DNA of 64,000 nt from Bdellovibrionales bacterium (GCA_041739415.1 JBGSNU010000031.1:42949-106948), one strand, 5' to 3'. Positions 52,027-61,452 are shown, numbered from the stretch's first letter. Notes: generated by a model not told the origin, from the letters alone. Made by a program: numbers and translations.

Positions 52027-53361
52027 CTAAAAAAGTCCACGAGATCCGCCTCCGCGTCCCATACCCATTTTCATCATCTGCGACATCATCTTTTGCGCCT
52101 GGGCGAACTGCTGAACCAACTTGTTCACATCTTTAACTTCTGTGCCAGAGCCATTGGCTATGCGTAGGCGCCTGGAGCCGTTCAAAATCTTAGGATTGCC
52201 CCGCTCCTGCAACGTCATAGAGCGAATGATGGCCTCAATCTTTTTGACCTCTTTGTCTGGCGGAGCCATATCTTTGAGCTGCTTTGTCATTTGGCCCATT
52301 CCTGGAATCATCTTCATCAGGGATTCCAGTCCGCCCATTTTCTTCATCATCTGAATCTGTTTTAAAAAATCGTCTAAGGTGAAGGCCGATTTGGCCATCT
52401 TTCGAGCCGACTCGCGAGCCTCTTTTTCATCAATGACTTCAGCGGCCTTCTCAACGAGTGAGAGAACGTCGCCCATTCCAAGAATTCGACCAGCCAATCG
52501 ATCCGGGTGAAACACCTCGAGATTGCCGACCTTCTCGCCAGTCCCTAAAAACTTGATTGGCACTCCAGTGGCCGAACGAATACTCAGTGCCGCACCGCCT
52601 CGCGCGTCTCCGTCAATTTTCGTGAGAATTAAACCCGTTAGGCCCAGTTGCTGATGAAATCCCTCAGCCACCTGCACACTCTGTTGCCCCAACATGGCGT
52701 CGGCCACAAGCAAAACTTCCTGAGGCTCCCAAGCGGATCTAAGAGTTTTCAGCTCGCCCATCAGTGCTTCATCAATTTGCAGGCGCCCGGCGGTATCGAT
52801 AATCACAACCTCGACCATTTCAGCTGCGGCCCAAACACGAGCTGCCTGAAGAATCTGCTCAGGTCGCTGCTTAAGGTCTGTGCTGAAAACTGGCAGGTTG
52901 TTCTGTTTAGCCAAAACGGTCAGCTGCTCGACTGCGGCTGGACGATGCAAATCGAGCGGCACGAGACCTGGTTTTTTCTTCAGCTGTTGGCGAATATAAA
53001 GTGCGAGCTTGGCGGCGGTGGTGGTTTTCCCCACCCCTTGCAGCCCGACCAAGAAGATCAACCCGGGATTGCCACGAATATCCAGTGGTTGAGCCTCATT
53101 CCCCAACATGTGGATCAACTCTTTGTGAACAATGCTGACGAACTGTTGCCCGGCCGTCAGACTTTTTATGACGTCGGCACCAAGGGCCTTGGCTTTGACC
53201 TGATCGAGAAAGGTCTTTACCACTTTGAAGTTCACATCGGCCTCAAGCAGGCTCATGCGAATGTCTTTCAGAGCACCTTCGATGTTGCTCTCGGTGATGT
53301 GGCCTTGGCCTCGAACCTTCTGCAACGTGGCCGTCAGTTTATCTGAAAGTGCCTCAAACAT
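52027..53361 (-). CDS. ffh: Signal recognition particle protein
   Basis: GLQGVGKTT, DTAGR, TKIDGDARGG, Met-rich M domain. Confidence 0.97.
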   Translation of the reverse strand: MFEALSDKLTATLQKVRGQGHITESNIEGALKDIRMSLLEADVNFKVVKTFLDQVKAKALGADVIKSLTAGQQFVSIVHKELIHMLGNEAQPLDIRGNPGLIFLVGLQGVGKTTTAAKLALYIRQQLKKKPGLVPLDLHRPAAVEQLTVLAKQNNLPVFSTDLKQRPEQILQAARVWAAAEMVEVVIIDTAGRLQIDEALMGELKTLRSAWEPQEVLLVADAMLGQQSVQVAEGFHQQLGLTGLILTKIDGDARGGAALSIRSATGVPIKFLGTGEKVGNLEVFHPDRLAGRILGMGDVLSLVEKAAEVIDEKEARESARKMAKSAFTLDDFLKQIQMMKKMGGLESLMKMIPGMGQMTKQLKDMAPPDKEVKKIEAIIRSMTLQERGNPKILNGSRRLRIANGSGTEVKDVNKLVQQFAQAQKMMSQMMKMGMGRGGGSRGLF

Positions 53362-53364
53362 ATT

Positions 53365-54153
53365 CTACCACCTTTGAAAACTAGAGGTCTTTACGCTACG
53401 AACAGCCAACAGCAACATTAACCCCAGGGCCACCGCCGTCACTGAAAAGGCAAAGAGTGGACCGACATCGGCCTCACCCAAAACTCCGTACCGAACTCCG
53501 TTTATCATATAAAGGAGCGGATTAAACAACGACACCTGTCGCCAAATGGGAGGCAAGTTTTCAATTGAGAAAAACACTCCCCCCAAATAGATCAACGGCA
53601 TCAAGACAAAACCGGTAATCGCACTGAGTTGATCAAAGTTTTTAGCCCAAAAGGCGATTGAGATTCCAAAGAAAGCGAATGTGAGGGACCCCATCAGCAA
53701 GAATAGCAGGAGCACAAACGGGTGAGCGATGGGCAACAACTCTTGATACATCCAGTAATAAGACGCTTGACCTACAGCAAACGTGATCGATCCAACAATA
53801 AGCCCACGCACAACTGCCGCCAGACTAAGAGCCAAAATGATTTGGAGTGAACTCAAAGGGGCGACCTTCAAATCCTCTAAATCCCCACTAAATTTTGAGC
53901 TGACAATAGAGCTAGAACTGTTTTGAAACGCATTGTTTAAACAGCCCATCATCACTAGGCCCGGAATCAAAAACGACAAATACGGCAAGCCACTTTTTAG
54001 GATCAGCTGGCCACCTAGACTCACCCCAAAAATCATCAAGTAAAGCGTCGAGCTCACAAAGGGCGTCACCACGGTTTGCACGATCACTTTGAGGAAGCGC
54101 GAGTACTCTCGCCGAAACAACGCCGCCAGCTGAACAAAAAAGATGTTGTTCAT
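53365..54153 (-). CDS. ABC-2 type transporter permease (YadH-like)
   Basis: Six TMs, YLSFLIPGL, PLIYLGGVFF, NPLLYMINGVRYG. Confidence 0.9.
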   Translation of the reverse strand: MNNIFFVQLAALFRREYSRFLKVIVQTVVTPFVSSTLYLMIFGVSLGGQLILKSGLPYLSFLIPGLVMMGCLNNAFQNSSSSIVSSKFSGDLEDLKVAPLSSLQIILALSLAAVVRGLIVGSITFAVGQASYYWMYQELLPIAHPFVLLLFLLMGSLTFAFFGISIAFWAKNFDQLSAITGFVLMPLIYLGGVFFSIENLPPIWRQVSLFNPLLYMINGVRYGVLGEADVGPLFAFSVTAVALGLMLLLAVRSVKTSSFQRW

Positions 54154-55079
54154 AGGGGTGCCTCTTCGCGCGTGAGGATTCGAAAAACATCCTCTAAGTT
54201 GCCTTCGTCCATTTTAATATCCTCGAGATTGCTCACTCCGATACCAAGCTCTTGCATCAACTCGCCGAGTGGCAACGTCATTTTAGTGAGGAATGTCCAG
54301 TCTCTACCCTGCCCGCTCACGAGGTCAGGATGTCGAAAGCCATCAACTGCCTCGCGCAGCCGAAACACCACGCGCCGCCTCGCCCACTCTTCGATAAGTT
54401 GCCGCGTTTGTCCAATCCCCCGAATCTTACCTTTATGGATAATAGCGACTCGGTCACACAGCCGTTCCGCCTCCTCAAGATAATGGGTCGTCAGTAAAAT
54501 CGAGATGCCTTGACGACGCAAATCCTCAACAAACTCCCAAAGTTTAGCCCGCAACTCGACATCGACTCCCGCCGTCGGCTCGTCCAGCAAAAGCAACCCA
54601 GGGCTATGCACAAGGGCCTTGGCTATCATCAGTCGACGCTTCATTCCCCCACTGAGCTGCTTGACCTTTTTGTGCCGATGTTCATACAGGCCCAAAGCAT
54701 TCAACAGATAATCCACTCGCACTTTGGGCTTTCGCACGCCGTAGTAGCCCGAGTGAAAATGCAAGATTTCCTCCACATCAAAAAAGCCGTGATTGATAAT
54801 CTCTTGCGGCACCCAGCCTGAGTTTATCTTGCTCAGTTTGGAGTGGGTGACTACGTCATGGCCAAAGACTTCAACCTGCCCCGCCGTCGCCGACTCTAGC
54901 GTGACGATGATCGACAAAAGGGATGTCTTACCGGCTCCATTTGGGCCAAGTAGACCAAAGACCTCTCCGGGCTGGACCGAAAACGAGACATCATCTAATG
55001 CCCGTAACCGTGGATAGTCCTTAACAACGGATCGAACAGTTAAGGCTGCGGGAGATGATGGTGGTTCATTTTGATTCAT
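54150..55079 (-). CDS. ABC transporter ATP-binding protein (YadG-like)
   Basis: GPNGAGKT, LSGGMKRR, LLLDEPT, TTHYLEEA. Confidence 0.95.
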   Translation of the reverse strand: MNQNEPPSSPAALTVRSVVKDYPRLRALDDVSFSVQPGEVFGLLGPNGAGKTSLLSIIVTLESATAGQVEVFGHDVVTHSKLSKINSGWVPQEIINHGFFDVEEILHFHSGYYGVRKPKVRVDYLLNALGLYEHRHKKVKQLSGGMKRRLMIAKALVHSPGLLLLDEPTAGVDVELRAKLWEFVEDLRRQGISILLTTHYLEEAERLCDRVAIIHKGKIRGIGQTRQLIEEWARRRVVFRLREAVDGFRHPDLVSGQGRDWTFLTKMTLPLGELMQELGIGVSNLEDIKMDEGNLEDVFRILTREEAPL

Positions 55080-55161
55080 AGTTGCAAAAACACCTTACTT
55101 TGAAGTCTAGGCCAGTGCCCTAACCCCTCGTGAATCCCAGAAAATTCCCGATAAGTCCAGT

Positions 55162-56142
55162 ATGGATCTAGGCTCCAAAGATTTAATGCCACTGCCGCTC
55201 TCGGATTTTACGAAGGGCGTACGTGTGCCTGTCGATGTCTATATTCGACTCGGCGAGGAGAACTTTGTTCTGGTTTGGAAAGCTGGAACTATCAACGATC
55301 CCGAGCAATTCAAAAATTACGAGGCAAAAGAGGTCTCGTACGTTTGGGTTCTTCGCAAGGACTACTTTAAGCTTGCCCATCAGGCAGTGTCTCTAGCGGG
55401 TGTGGCGTTATCGAACAAAGATATGGCGGACTCAAAGCGCACGGTGCTTGTGACCATGGCGGCGCGCTCATTGTTTCGGCAGGTGGAGAATCAGGGAGTA
55501 GATCTCGAGCTCTACAGCAATGCTCAGCAAGTGACCGAAGCTGTTGTGGGCTTAATGGAGACCCACAAAACTTTCGGTGATCTTTTTGCCAGCCTAGCGA
55601 CGTTCTCTGATCAGTTGCTTGCCCATTCTGTTAGCGTGTCGTTTATGAGCGTGCTTCTCGGCACCAAGCTGGGCTACGAGAAGAAGACCACGCTCGAGAA
55701 GTTGGCCCTGGCTGGCTTACTGCACGATGTCGGACTGAAAGCCCTTCCCGCCGAGCTCGTGCAAAAGCCCATGGCCAGCATGACGAGTGAGGAGATTCTC
55801 CTTTTTGAAACTCACAGTTATCGAGGTCAGCAAATGCTCACTAGCTTAGGCGTCGTGCCTGAGGACATTGTTTCGATGGTCTACGAGCACCACGAAAACT
55901 CCATTGGCCAAGGCTACCCCCAGCGCATCCGCGACGTGAAGATCCACCCCATGGCCAAGATCATCGCCCTGGCCGACGCCTACTCCACGTTGACTCTCGC
56001 CAACGTCAACTGCCCCACACCCAAGAGCCCGCGCGAAGCCATAATGCACATCGAGCACACCTTGGGGATCCCCTACAACCGTGAGGCGTTTCGCGCGCTC
56101 AAACGCATCATCGAAGGCGACGACGCCAAAAAAACGGGCTAG
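55162..56142 (+). CDS. HD-GYP domain protein (c-di-GMP phosphodiesterase family)
   Basis: AHS, LLHDVG, HHENSIGQGYP, IIALADAY. Confidence 0.88.
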   Translation: MDLGSKDLMPLPLSDFTKGVRVPVDVYIRLGEENFVLVWKAGTINDPEQFKNYEAKEVSYVWVLRKDYFKLAHQAVSLAGVALSNKDMADSKRTVLVTMAARSLFRQVENQGVDLELYSNAQQVTEAVVGLMETHKTFGDLFASLATFSDQLLAHSVSVSFMSVLLGTKLGYEKKTTLEKLALAGLLHDVGLKALPAELVQKPMASMTSEEILLFETHSYRGQQMLTSLGVVPEDIVSMVYEHHENSIGQGYPQRIRDVKIHPMAKIIALADAYSTLTLANVNCPTPKSPREAIMHIEHTLGIPYNREAFRALKRIIEGDDAKKTG

Positions 56143-56194
56143 CTAACGCGGCAGGCGCGTTCAGTCATTTCTGACGTTCAGTGCAACACACCCC

Positions 56195-56224
56195 TTGACC
56201 CACCCCCACCGAGCGGCGTAGCTT
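56195..56224 (+). promoter_or_regulatory. Candidate sigma-70 promoter of tRNA-fMet
   Basis: TTGACC-N18-TAGCTT upstream of the tRNA. Confidence 0.45.
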
Positions 56225-56257
56225 CACTTCTCACTAAGGCTTACACAATATACCTGT

Positions 56258-56334
<77 letters not shown>

Positions 56335-56336
56335 TC

Positions 56337-56413
56337 TTTTTACATTTGGGGAAGACATAAGTAGTTGAAATCACAAGAGAGTGAAATCAAGGTCTTCCCC
56401 ATAAATGTTAAAA
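56337..56413. repeat. Imperfect inverted repeat immediately 3' of tRNA-fMet
   Basis: TTTTTACATTTGGGGAAGAC ... GTCTTCCCCATAAATGTTAAAA; loop contains TGAAATCA twice. Confidence 0.75.
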
Positions 56414-56429
56414 TGTTCGGAGGTTAAAA

Positions 56430-56756
56430 ATGGCAACCGAAAATGCCGAAGACCTCAAAATCAAAATCCCACTGACACCTTCGCAAAACACAAGTTTCCC
56501 TGCACTCATTGAAAAATTAAACTCTGATTCGGAAATGCAAATGAGTCCGATTGCTTTGAGCAACGGCTCCTTAGAGATTTCCTGCCACGATTTATCTGAT
56601 TTGCTGGAGCAACTTAAATCCAGCACTCCTCTTGAATATCATCGCTTTAAAAAACAGGCCGAGTCGGCCCTTCAAGCAATCATTCTCGCCAGCGATGAAA
56701 AACCCCATCAAAAAAAGAATTTTGTTACTGCGCTTAAGACGATCCAATTGGCTTAA
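56430..56756 (+). CDS. Small hypothetical protein of the island
   Basis: GGAGG SD before ATG; 108 aa; convergent with the integrase. Confidence 0.65.
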   Translation: MATENAEDLKIKIPLTPSQNTSFPALIEKLNSDSEMQMSPIALSNGSLEISCHDLSDLLEQLKSSTPLEYHRFKKQAESALQAIILASDEKPHQKKNFVTALKTIQLA

Positions 56757-56764
56757 AGGCAATT

Positions 56765-58114
56765 CTACGAAATGAGCTTCATCTTTCGTTTTGATTGCTC
56801 TTTGCGTTCCTGTTCGCGGCCAATTTGTTCGTTCATGTGCGAATAGATTTGCACACTACGTTCTTCGTTATGACCCGCTACCTTTTTGGCAAGAAATCGG
56901 TTTTCATCCGTCTTGTCGTAAAACCATGTCAAGAACGTGTGACGTAGCTTGTGCGGCGATCTGAAACGGAGTTTTGCCTTATCAAAAGCCTTTTGAAGAT
57001 CGCCGTAAAACATTGAAGTCGTCAGCCCTTCAAAAAGCAGATAATCCCGCGACTCTTTACCGTGAGTTTTGTCATTCAACTTATCTTGCTGTTGATTCCA
57101 TCGTTCAACGATGATGTTCCAAGATTTCTTGTCAAAGATTGGAATGAATCGATAGCTCTCAGGCTCAATTTTTCTACGAAGCTTCAATGGCTTTCGTGGG
57201 ACTGATCCCGTATCCCAGCTAATACCAAACCTATCTTTAATTCTTTTTTCTGTCCGGAGTTTCGGCAAAGCTGGCTGACTCTCCAGGCAGATATATCCGT
57301 GATAATCTTCCAGCCCGCAAACGGCCAACTGGTTATGGAGCTTATCAAGCTTCTTGCCTTTGATTTTTCCTTCAAAAACAAAAGCGAGGCAAAGTCCCAT
57401 GGCTTCGTTCTCTCGCATTCCAGTATTTGCGAGCAAAGTAAAAAAATCGTGTGAGTCTTTTCGAATCTCCAATAGTTCATTTTGGATTTTCTCGATTTCA
57501 TCTTCCTCAAGCAAATCCGAAGCGGTGACCTGAACCATTTCACTCCGCTTGTATTGCGGACACTTCAGAATGGGTTCAGCATTTGCTTTGGATACCATTT
57601 CTAAAAATACGTTTAACGCCTTAATGATTTTGTTTTGAGTGTTGAGGCTCAACTTTTCACGATTCCATTTCAGGGGCTTAACAGTTTTCAGCCACTCTCT
57701 GAATTTCGGATAATGATAGCTCCATTCCAAGTACGTCGCAGTCTGTTTCACATCCAAAAAATAATGAAAGGCGTACTTCTCAAGATAGTAAACGTCATTC
57801 TTCCAGCTATTGGGCGCACGCTCTGTCTGGTAAGTTGCAAAGTCATCGATGAGCTTCTCGTAATTGTGGTATTTCTTTCTCCACTCCGAACGTAACTGCG
57901 CGCGATATTTCGCGGCTTGTTCAACCGCGCTTTGTGAATTGCAATATTCTTTTACTTCGTCTTCGTTGGTGCTATTGCGGATGTGCAAAGGAATAGAATC
58001 CACGCGAACAGGCTCGTACCTTTTCTTAGCTTTGTTGTAAGTCCGGAACTCCCAGCGCCAGCCATCTTGCTTGCCCGTAGCCCGATTTATTTTTTTGATT
58101 TTTGCGTACTTCAA
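56765..58114 (-). CDS. Tyrosine recombinase / integrase
   Basis: TGMRENEA (R), HKLRHTF (H-x-x-R), AGH and IY catalytic motifs; GGAGGAG SD before TTG 58114. Confidence 0.9.
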   Translation of the reverse strand: MKYAKIKKINRATGKQDGWRWEFRTYNKAKKRYEPVRVDSIPLHIRNSTNEDEVKEYCNSQSAVEQAAKYRAQLRSEWRKKYHNYEKLIDDFATYQTERAPNSWKNDVYYLEKYAFHYFLDVKQTATYLEWSYHYPKFREWLKTVKPLKWNREKLSLNTQNKIIKALNVFLEMVSKANAEPILKCPQYKRSEMVQVTASDLLEEDEIEKIQNELLEIRKDSHDFFTLLANTGMRENEAMGLCLAFVFEGKIKGKKLDKLHNQLAVCGLEDYHGYICLESQPALPKLRTEKRIKDRFGISWDTGSVPRKPLKLRRKIEPESYRFIPIFDKKSWNIIVERWNQQQDKLNDKTHGKESRDYLLFEGLTTSMFYGDLQKAFDKAKLRFRSPHKLRHTFLTWFYDKTDENRFLAKKVAGHNEERSVQIYSHMNEQIGREQERKEQSKRKMKLIS

Positions 58115-58565
58115 AAGGCACTCCTCCAAGCCAACTTTTCGGAATCACGTACGAATTGCTTGAGTTTAGGATTGGTCTGGCTCTTATGCCGCGCTTTTGA
58201 CGGTACGCCCAGCAAAATCAGAAATTACGCTATGTTTCGCGGGATCAACGTCAAATAATCCTTAGCCATAAGTCCTGCTCATTCCGTACGACCCCGGCCA
58301 TTTGTGGAGTAATTTGCTCAATAGAGCACGTGTCGTTTTTTAATAATCCACTCTCAACTTTTAATAAAATCGCCATCAAACGCCCCTCTTATTGCCGACC
58401 GTGCGCCTTTAAATGGCCTTGGTTCGCCCGTGGTTGCATTTTTGGGGGCCAAACCTTGCAAGAAACCATATCAGGCAACATCGTGGCCTTAAAAGCAGAA
58501 CATTGAGATTATTAAAAATCACTCTGTCGCAGTAGTAATCTTGCATCTGCTGTTACATTTAAAAA

Positions 58566-61442
58566 TTATTTTCCTAAGAACAACTCGCTACAACTCTTAC
58601 CGGCAGCGCCCGAAGGCTTAGATGACTTCGTAGGAGCCGTTGTAATTGGAATAACTGGAGCCTCAGCTTTCAGCCTTGCAGCAATACCATAATTTGAATC
58701 ACGGTAAATTTCTGCGCTGTGATTACCGGTCAAGCCATTGCCGTCGCGGATTTGCTTTGCAATTGCATCCATCCGAACCTGCAAAACTTCTTGTACACGT
58801 TGCGAGTTAACTTCTTGACGGCCCGCTTGCATCACCTGAGCTAATACTTGAACACCAAGTTTAAAAAAGTCCGCTCTACTAACGGTCTTTCGCAAGTTAT
58901 CCAACATTGCAGGACCATAATACAACAACAGAGCGGGATCGCCTTTGAAGCCAGTCGCAGAGAACTCGCGTTCTAAAATAGATCGCTCGTTCGCTGGAAG
59001 CTTTTGTATAGCCTGGAATAACTCTTCACCGTCGGCTGCTGTTTGGCAACGGAACATTAGGCCAACGCGAGTCATCCAAAGCGGACGACTTCCATCAGGC
59101 ATTATGCTTGAACTTCTTTGACGAAGAAACTCTTGGTAAGTTGCTTTTATAGATTCCTCTGTATTTGCCATGCCCTCAATGCCACCCATCGCCGTTCTAA
59201 TCCCGGCATAGGTCGGTTCAGTTAGCACCAGCGAGCCATTGATGTTATCTTGGCCACGGGCGGCAGCAATTTTCAAAATTGACGTCGCCAAGTAAAAGTC
59301 TCGCGCGTCTTTTGAGCGATTGGCATGTTCTTTCAAAAGTCTGGCCGGAGCTTCGCCTTGCGCAAGCTGCGCGAGGTTAAATTCTTTTTCAAAACTGTTA
59401 ACAACCATCTGCCTTTGGAATTCGTCGAGACGCTGGTAGGTCGGCGAAATGAATGGATAAAGTTTTAGCAGTTCAGACATAACACGTTGGTGATTTGTCT
59501 CCTGAATGCCAGATGATTTTTTGAGGTACGAAATCGCAGCTTCCGATTTTCCTATATTGTTAAAAATTAAAAATGAAAACAATGCGTCTCGCATAGACGG
59601 ATTGAACGCCACTCGCCGAACAAGTTTCGAAATTTCTAAAAATGACTCTCGGCTCAGTTTAATATTTTCGGGTTGCCCATGAACGAAACCGTCGTAATCG
59701 CCCGCGATAAGCCGCTTGAACAATAATAAGGCGGCGATGGTGCGATCAAACTCAGGATATGGTTTATTGAACAACGACGTGGCTAAGGATTGCTCCAAAG
59801 CTTGGGGTACTGAACCAACTTGCTTTGGGTAAGTCGCTTCATTTTTAGAACCGAGCCAGCCAAGCTCAGGCGTCAAAGATACGCGTTCAGTTGTAGATAC
59901 CAATTTAGCGGCGATAGCCTCAGGAGTAGCAACCACGCCCTCTGTTAACAAAATCAATTCCGGATAAGATTCCAAGACCACACGAATCAACTCTTGATCA
60001 GTGACGCTTTCAACGCGTCGGTAGAGGTCTCTTAACTTACGAGTACGGCTTTCGTATTTTCTTTGGATCGCAGGAATTTCTAATCCTCGCACCAAACGCA
60101 ACGGCCCGCGTTTATAACCCATGTTTTCAAATTTCTTTGTTGGGTCCGAATCAAAACGAGGATCTCTCGTAAGTTGTAAAGCAACTGCTTCTGTTTCTGG
60201 ATCAAGTCCAATATCTCTGACCAACACCACAGGAACTTGCTTTGTTAACGCGGACTGAATAATGCCTGCGTCTTTTGCCTCTCCTCGCAAAGCAACGACC
60301 TCGATTTTCTGTTTCAGCTCGTTATCCGAAAATATTGAATCAACGGCATTATCGGCAGCGATAACAACTAAATCCTTACGAGTTGGATTTTTGGCAAGTT
60401 CCGCGGCAATCCAATCGCGTGCGCGGCCCACACCTTCCTGATGAGTCAAAACAAACAATGTGTCGGAACTATATGTTGATGTGATTTGATCGACGTATGA
60501 CTTCAAGAGGGAAAAGTCTTCGTATCCGAGGCGGCCATATCCAGCAAGTACGACAGTTCGCCGATGACCTCGCGTCAGCGACATCAATTCCGAGGAAGAT
60601 GACAATTCAACATGGGTCGATTTTTGGATAGCCAACCCAAGCTGTCCGGTAAGGTCAAAATGTGTCGGCACTTTTTTGCCTCGAACTTGAACTGACTTTA
60701 CCGCAGGAGAAATTCCATTCTCGATTTCTAAAGTTAAGTCCGCATAGGCTGATAAGTATTCAACTGATTCACGAACTCCGGAGGACATTTTAATAACGAG
60801 GTCTCTTGGCACAAATCGCCCGGTTACTTTGCCTCGTGCTTCCACTCGCTGCAGCAGAATTTCTTCGGGCGCATTAACTGAAATAATTGAAATGGCATAC
60901 TCTGGGTGGGATTGGCGGATGCGACGAAATTCAGAAACCCACCAGTCTTTTCCTAAAAGTGTTCCATCAACAATGATATTCTTTTTTGAACGTAGGGCTT
61001 GCTCAAAAAGTTCCTCTTGAATATGGCCTGATTCACGATGAACGAGTGACGCCGCATCTTCGGGCTTCGTCTGCTTTAGATCTTTGTATTCGGGAATATC
61101 TTCTTTGATTGCATCGGGATCGATCCAGATGAACCTTGATACGTCCAAAAGGTCGAGTTTTTCTAATGCAGACGCGACAAATGATTTTCCAGCTCCGGCG
61201 GGACCGGCAGTAAAAATAAGACGTGGCTTTTCATCTGAAGCCCCAGCCTGCATTCTAACGTCGACAATTTTTTTATGAAGCGCAGCCCGCAGTGGAAGGT
61301 AAGTAAATTGCCATTGACCGGTTTGGGTAGCGTATTGCGACGCTGTATCTTGCGCATCAGCAGCAAATGAAAAAGCAGAAGACACCACAATAAGTGCGAA
61401 GAGAAAGTGTCTTGCCTGCTTTTTTAAAACTGCCAAAGCCAT
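58566..61442 (-). CDS. Secreted multidomain protein: Zeta-toxin-like P-loop kinase + SLOG-like region + degenerate HD-like (DUF6829-like) domain
   Basis: Signal peptide; GPAGAGKS, IDPD, VDGT, RxxxRxxxTGRFVP; aa ~483-925 align with the N-terminal half of the upstream gene. Confidence 0.75.
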   Translation of the reverse strand: MALAVLKKQARHFLFALIVVSSAFSFAADAQDTASQYATQTGQWQFTYLPLRAALHKKIVDVRMQAGASDEKPRLIFTAGPAGAGKSFVASALEKLDLLDVSRFIWIDPDAIKEDIPEYKDLKQTKPEDAASLVHRESGHIQEELFEQALRSKKNIIVDGTLLGKDWWVSEFRRIRQSHPEYAISIISVNAPEEILLQRVEARGKVTGRFVPRDLVIKMSSGVRESVEYLSAYADLTLEIENGISPAVKSVQVRGKKVPTHFDLTGQLGLAIQKSTHVELSSSSELMSLTRGHRRTVVLAGYGRLGYEDFSLLKSYVDQITSTYSSDTLFVLTHQEGVGRARDWIAAELAKNPTRKDLVVIAADNAVDSIFSDNELKQKIEVVALRGEAKDAGIIQSALTKQVPVVLVRDIGLDPETEAVALQLTRDPRFDSDPTKKFENMGYKRGPLRLVRGLEIPAIQRKYESRTRKLRDLYRRVESVTDQELIRVVLESYPELILLTEGVVATPEAIAAKLVSTTERVSLTPELGWLGSKNEATYPKQVGSVPQALEQSLATSLFNKPYPEFDRTIAALLLFKRLIAGDYDGFVHGQPENIKLSRESFLEISKLVRRVAFNPSMRDALFSFLIFNNIGKSEAAISYLKKSSGIQETNHQRVMSELLKLYPFISPTYQRLDEFQRQMVVNSFEKEFNLAQLAQGEAPARLLKEHANRSKDARDFYLATSILKIAAARGQDNINGSLVLTEPTYAGIRTAMGGIEGMANTEESIKATYQEFLRQRSSSIMPDGSRPLWMTRVGLMFRCQTAADGEELFQAIQKLPANERSILEREFSATGFKGDPALLLYYGPAMLDNLRKTVSRADFFKLGVQVLAQVMQAGRQEVNSQRVQEVLQVRMDAIAKQIRDGNGLTGNHSAEIYRDSNYGIAARLKAEAPVIPITTAPTKSSKPSGAAGKSCSELFLGK

Positions 61443-61452
61443 ACCTAACTTC

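Noticed and set aside
52648..53346. 232-aa plus-strand ORF and many other antisense ORFs (e.g. 49686-50288, 27870-28394)
   Set aside because: Shadow frames of well-conserved genes with no recognisable motifs
55880..56142. Locally higher GC3 in the 3' part of the HD-GYP gene
   Set aside because: Short stretch with no junction features; cannot be separated from normal variation by eye
58566..61442. Classical epsilon-zeta toxin-antitoxin pair
   Set aside because: No small antitoxin gene; the kinase is part of a large signal-peptide fusion
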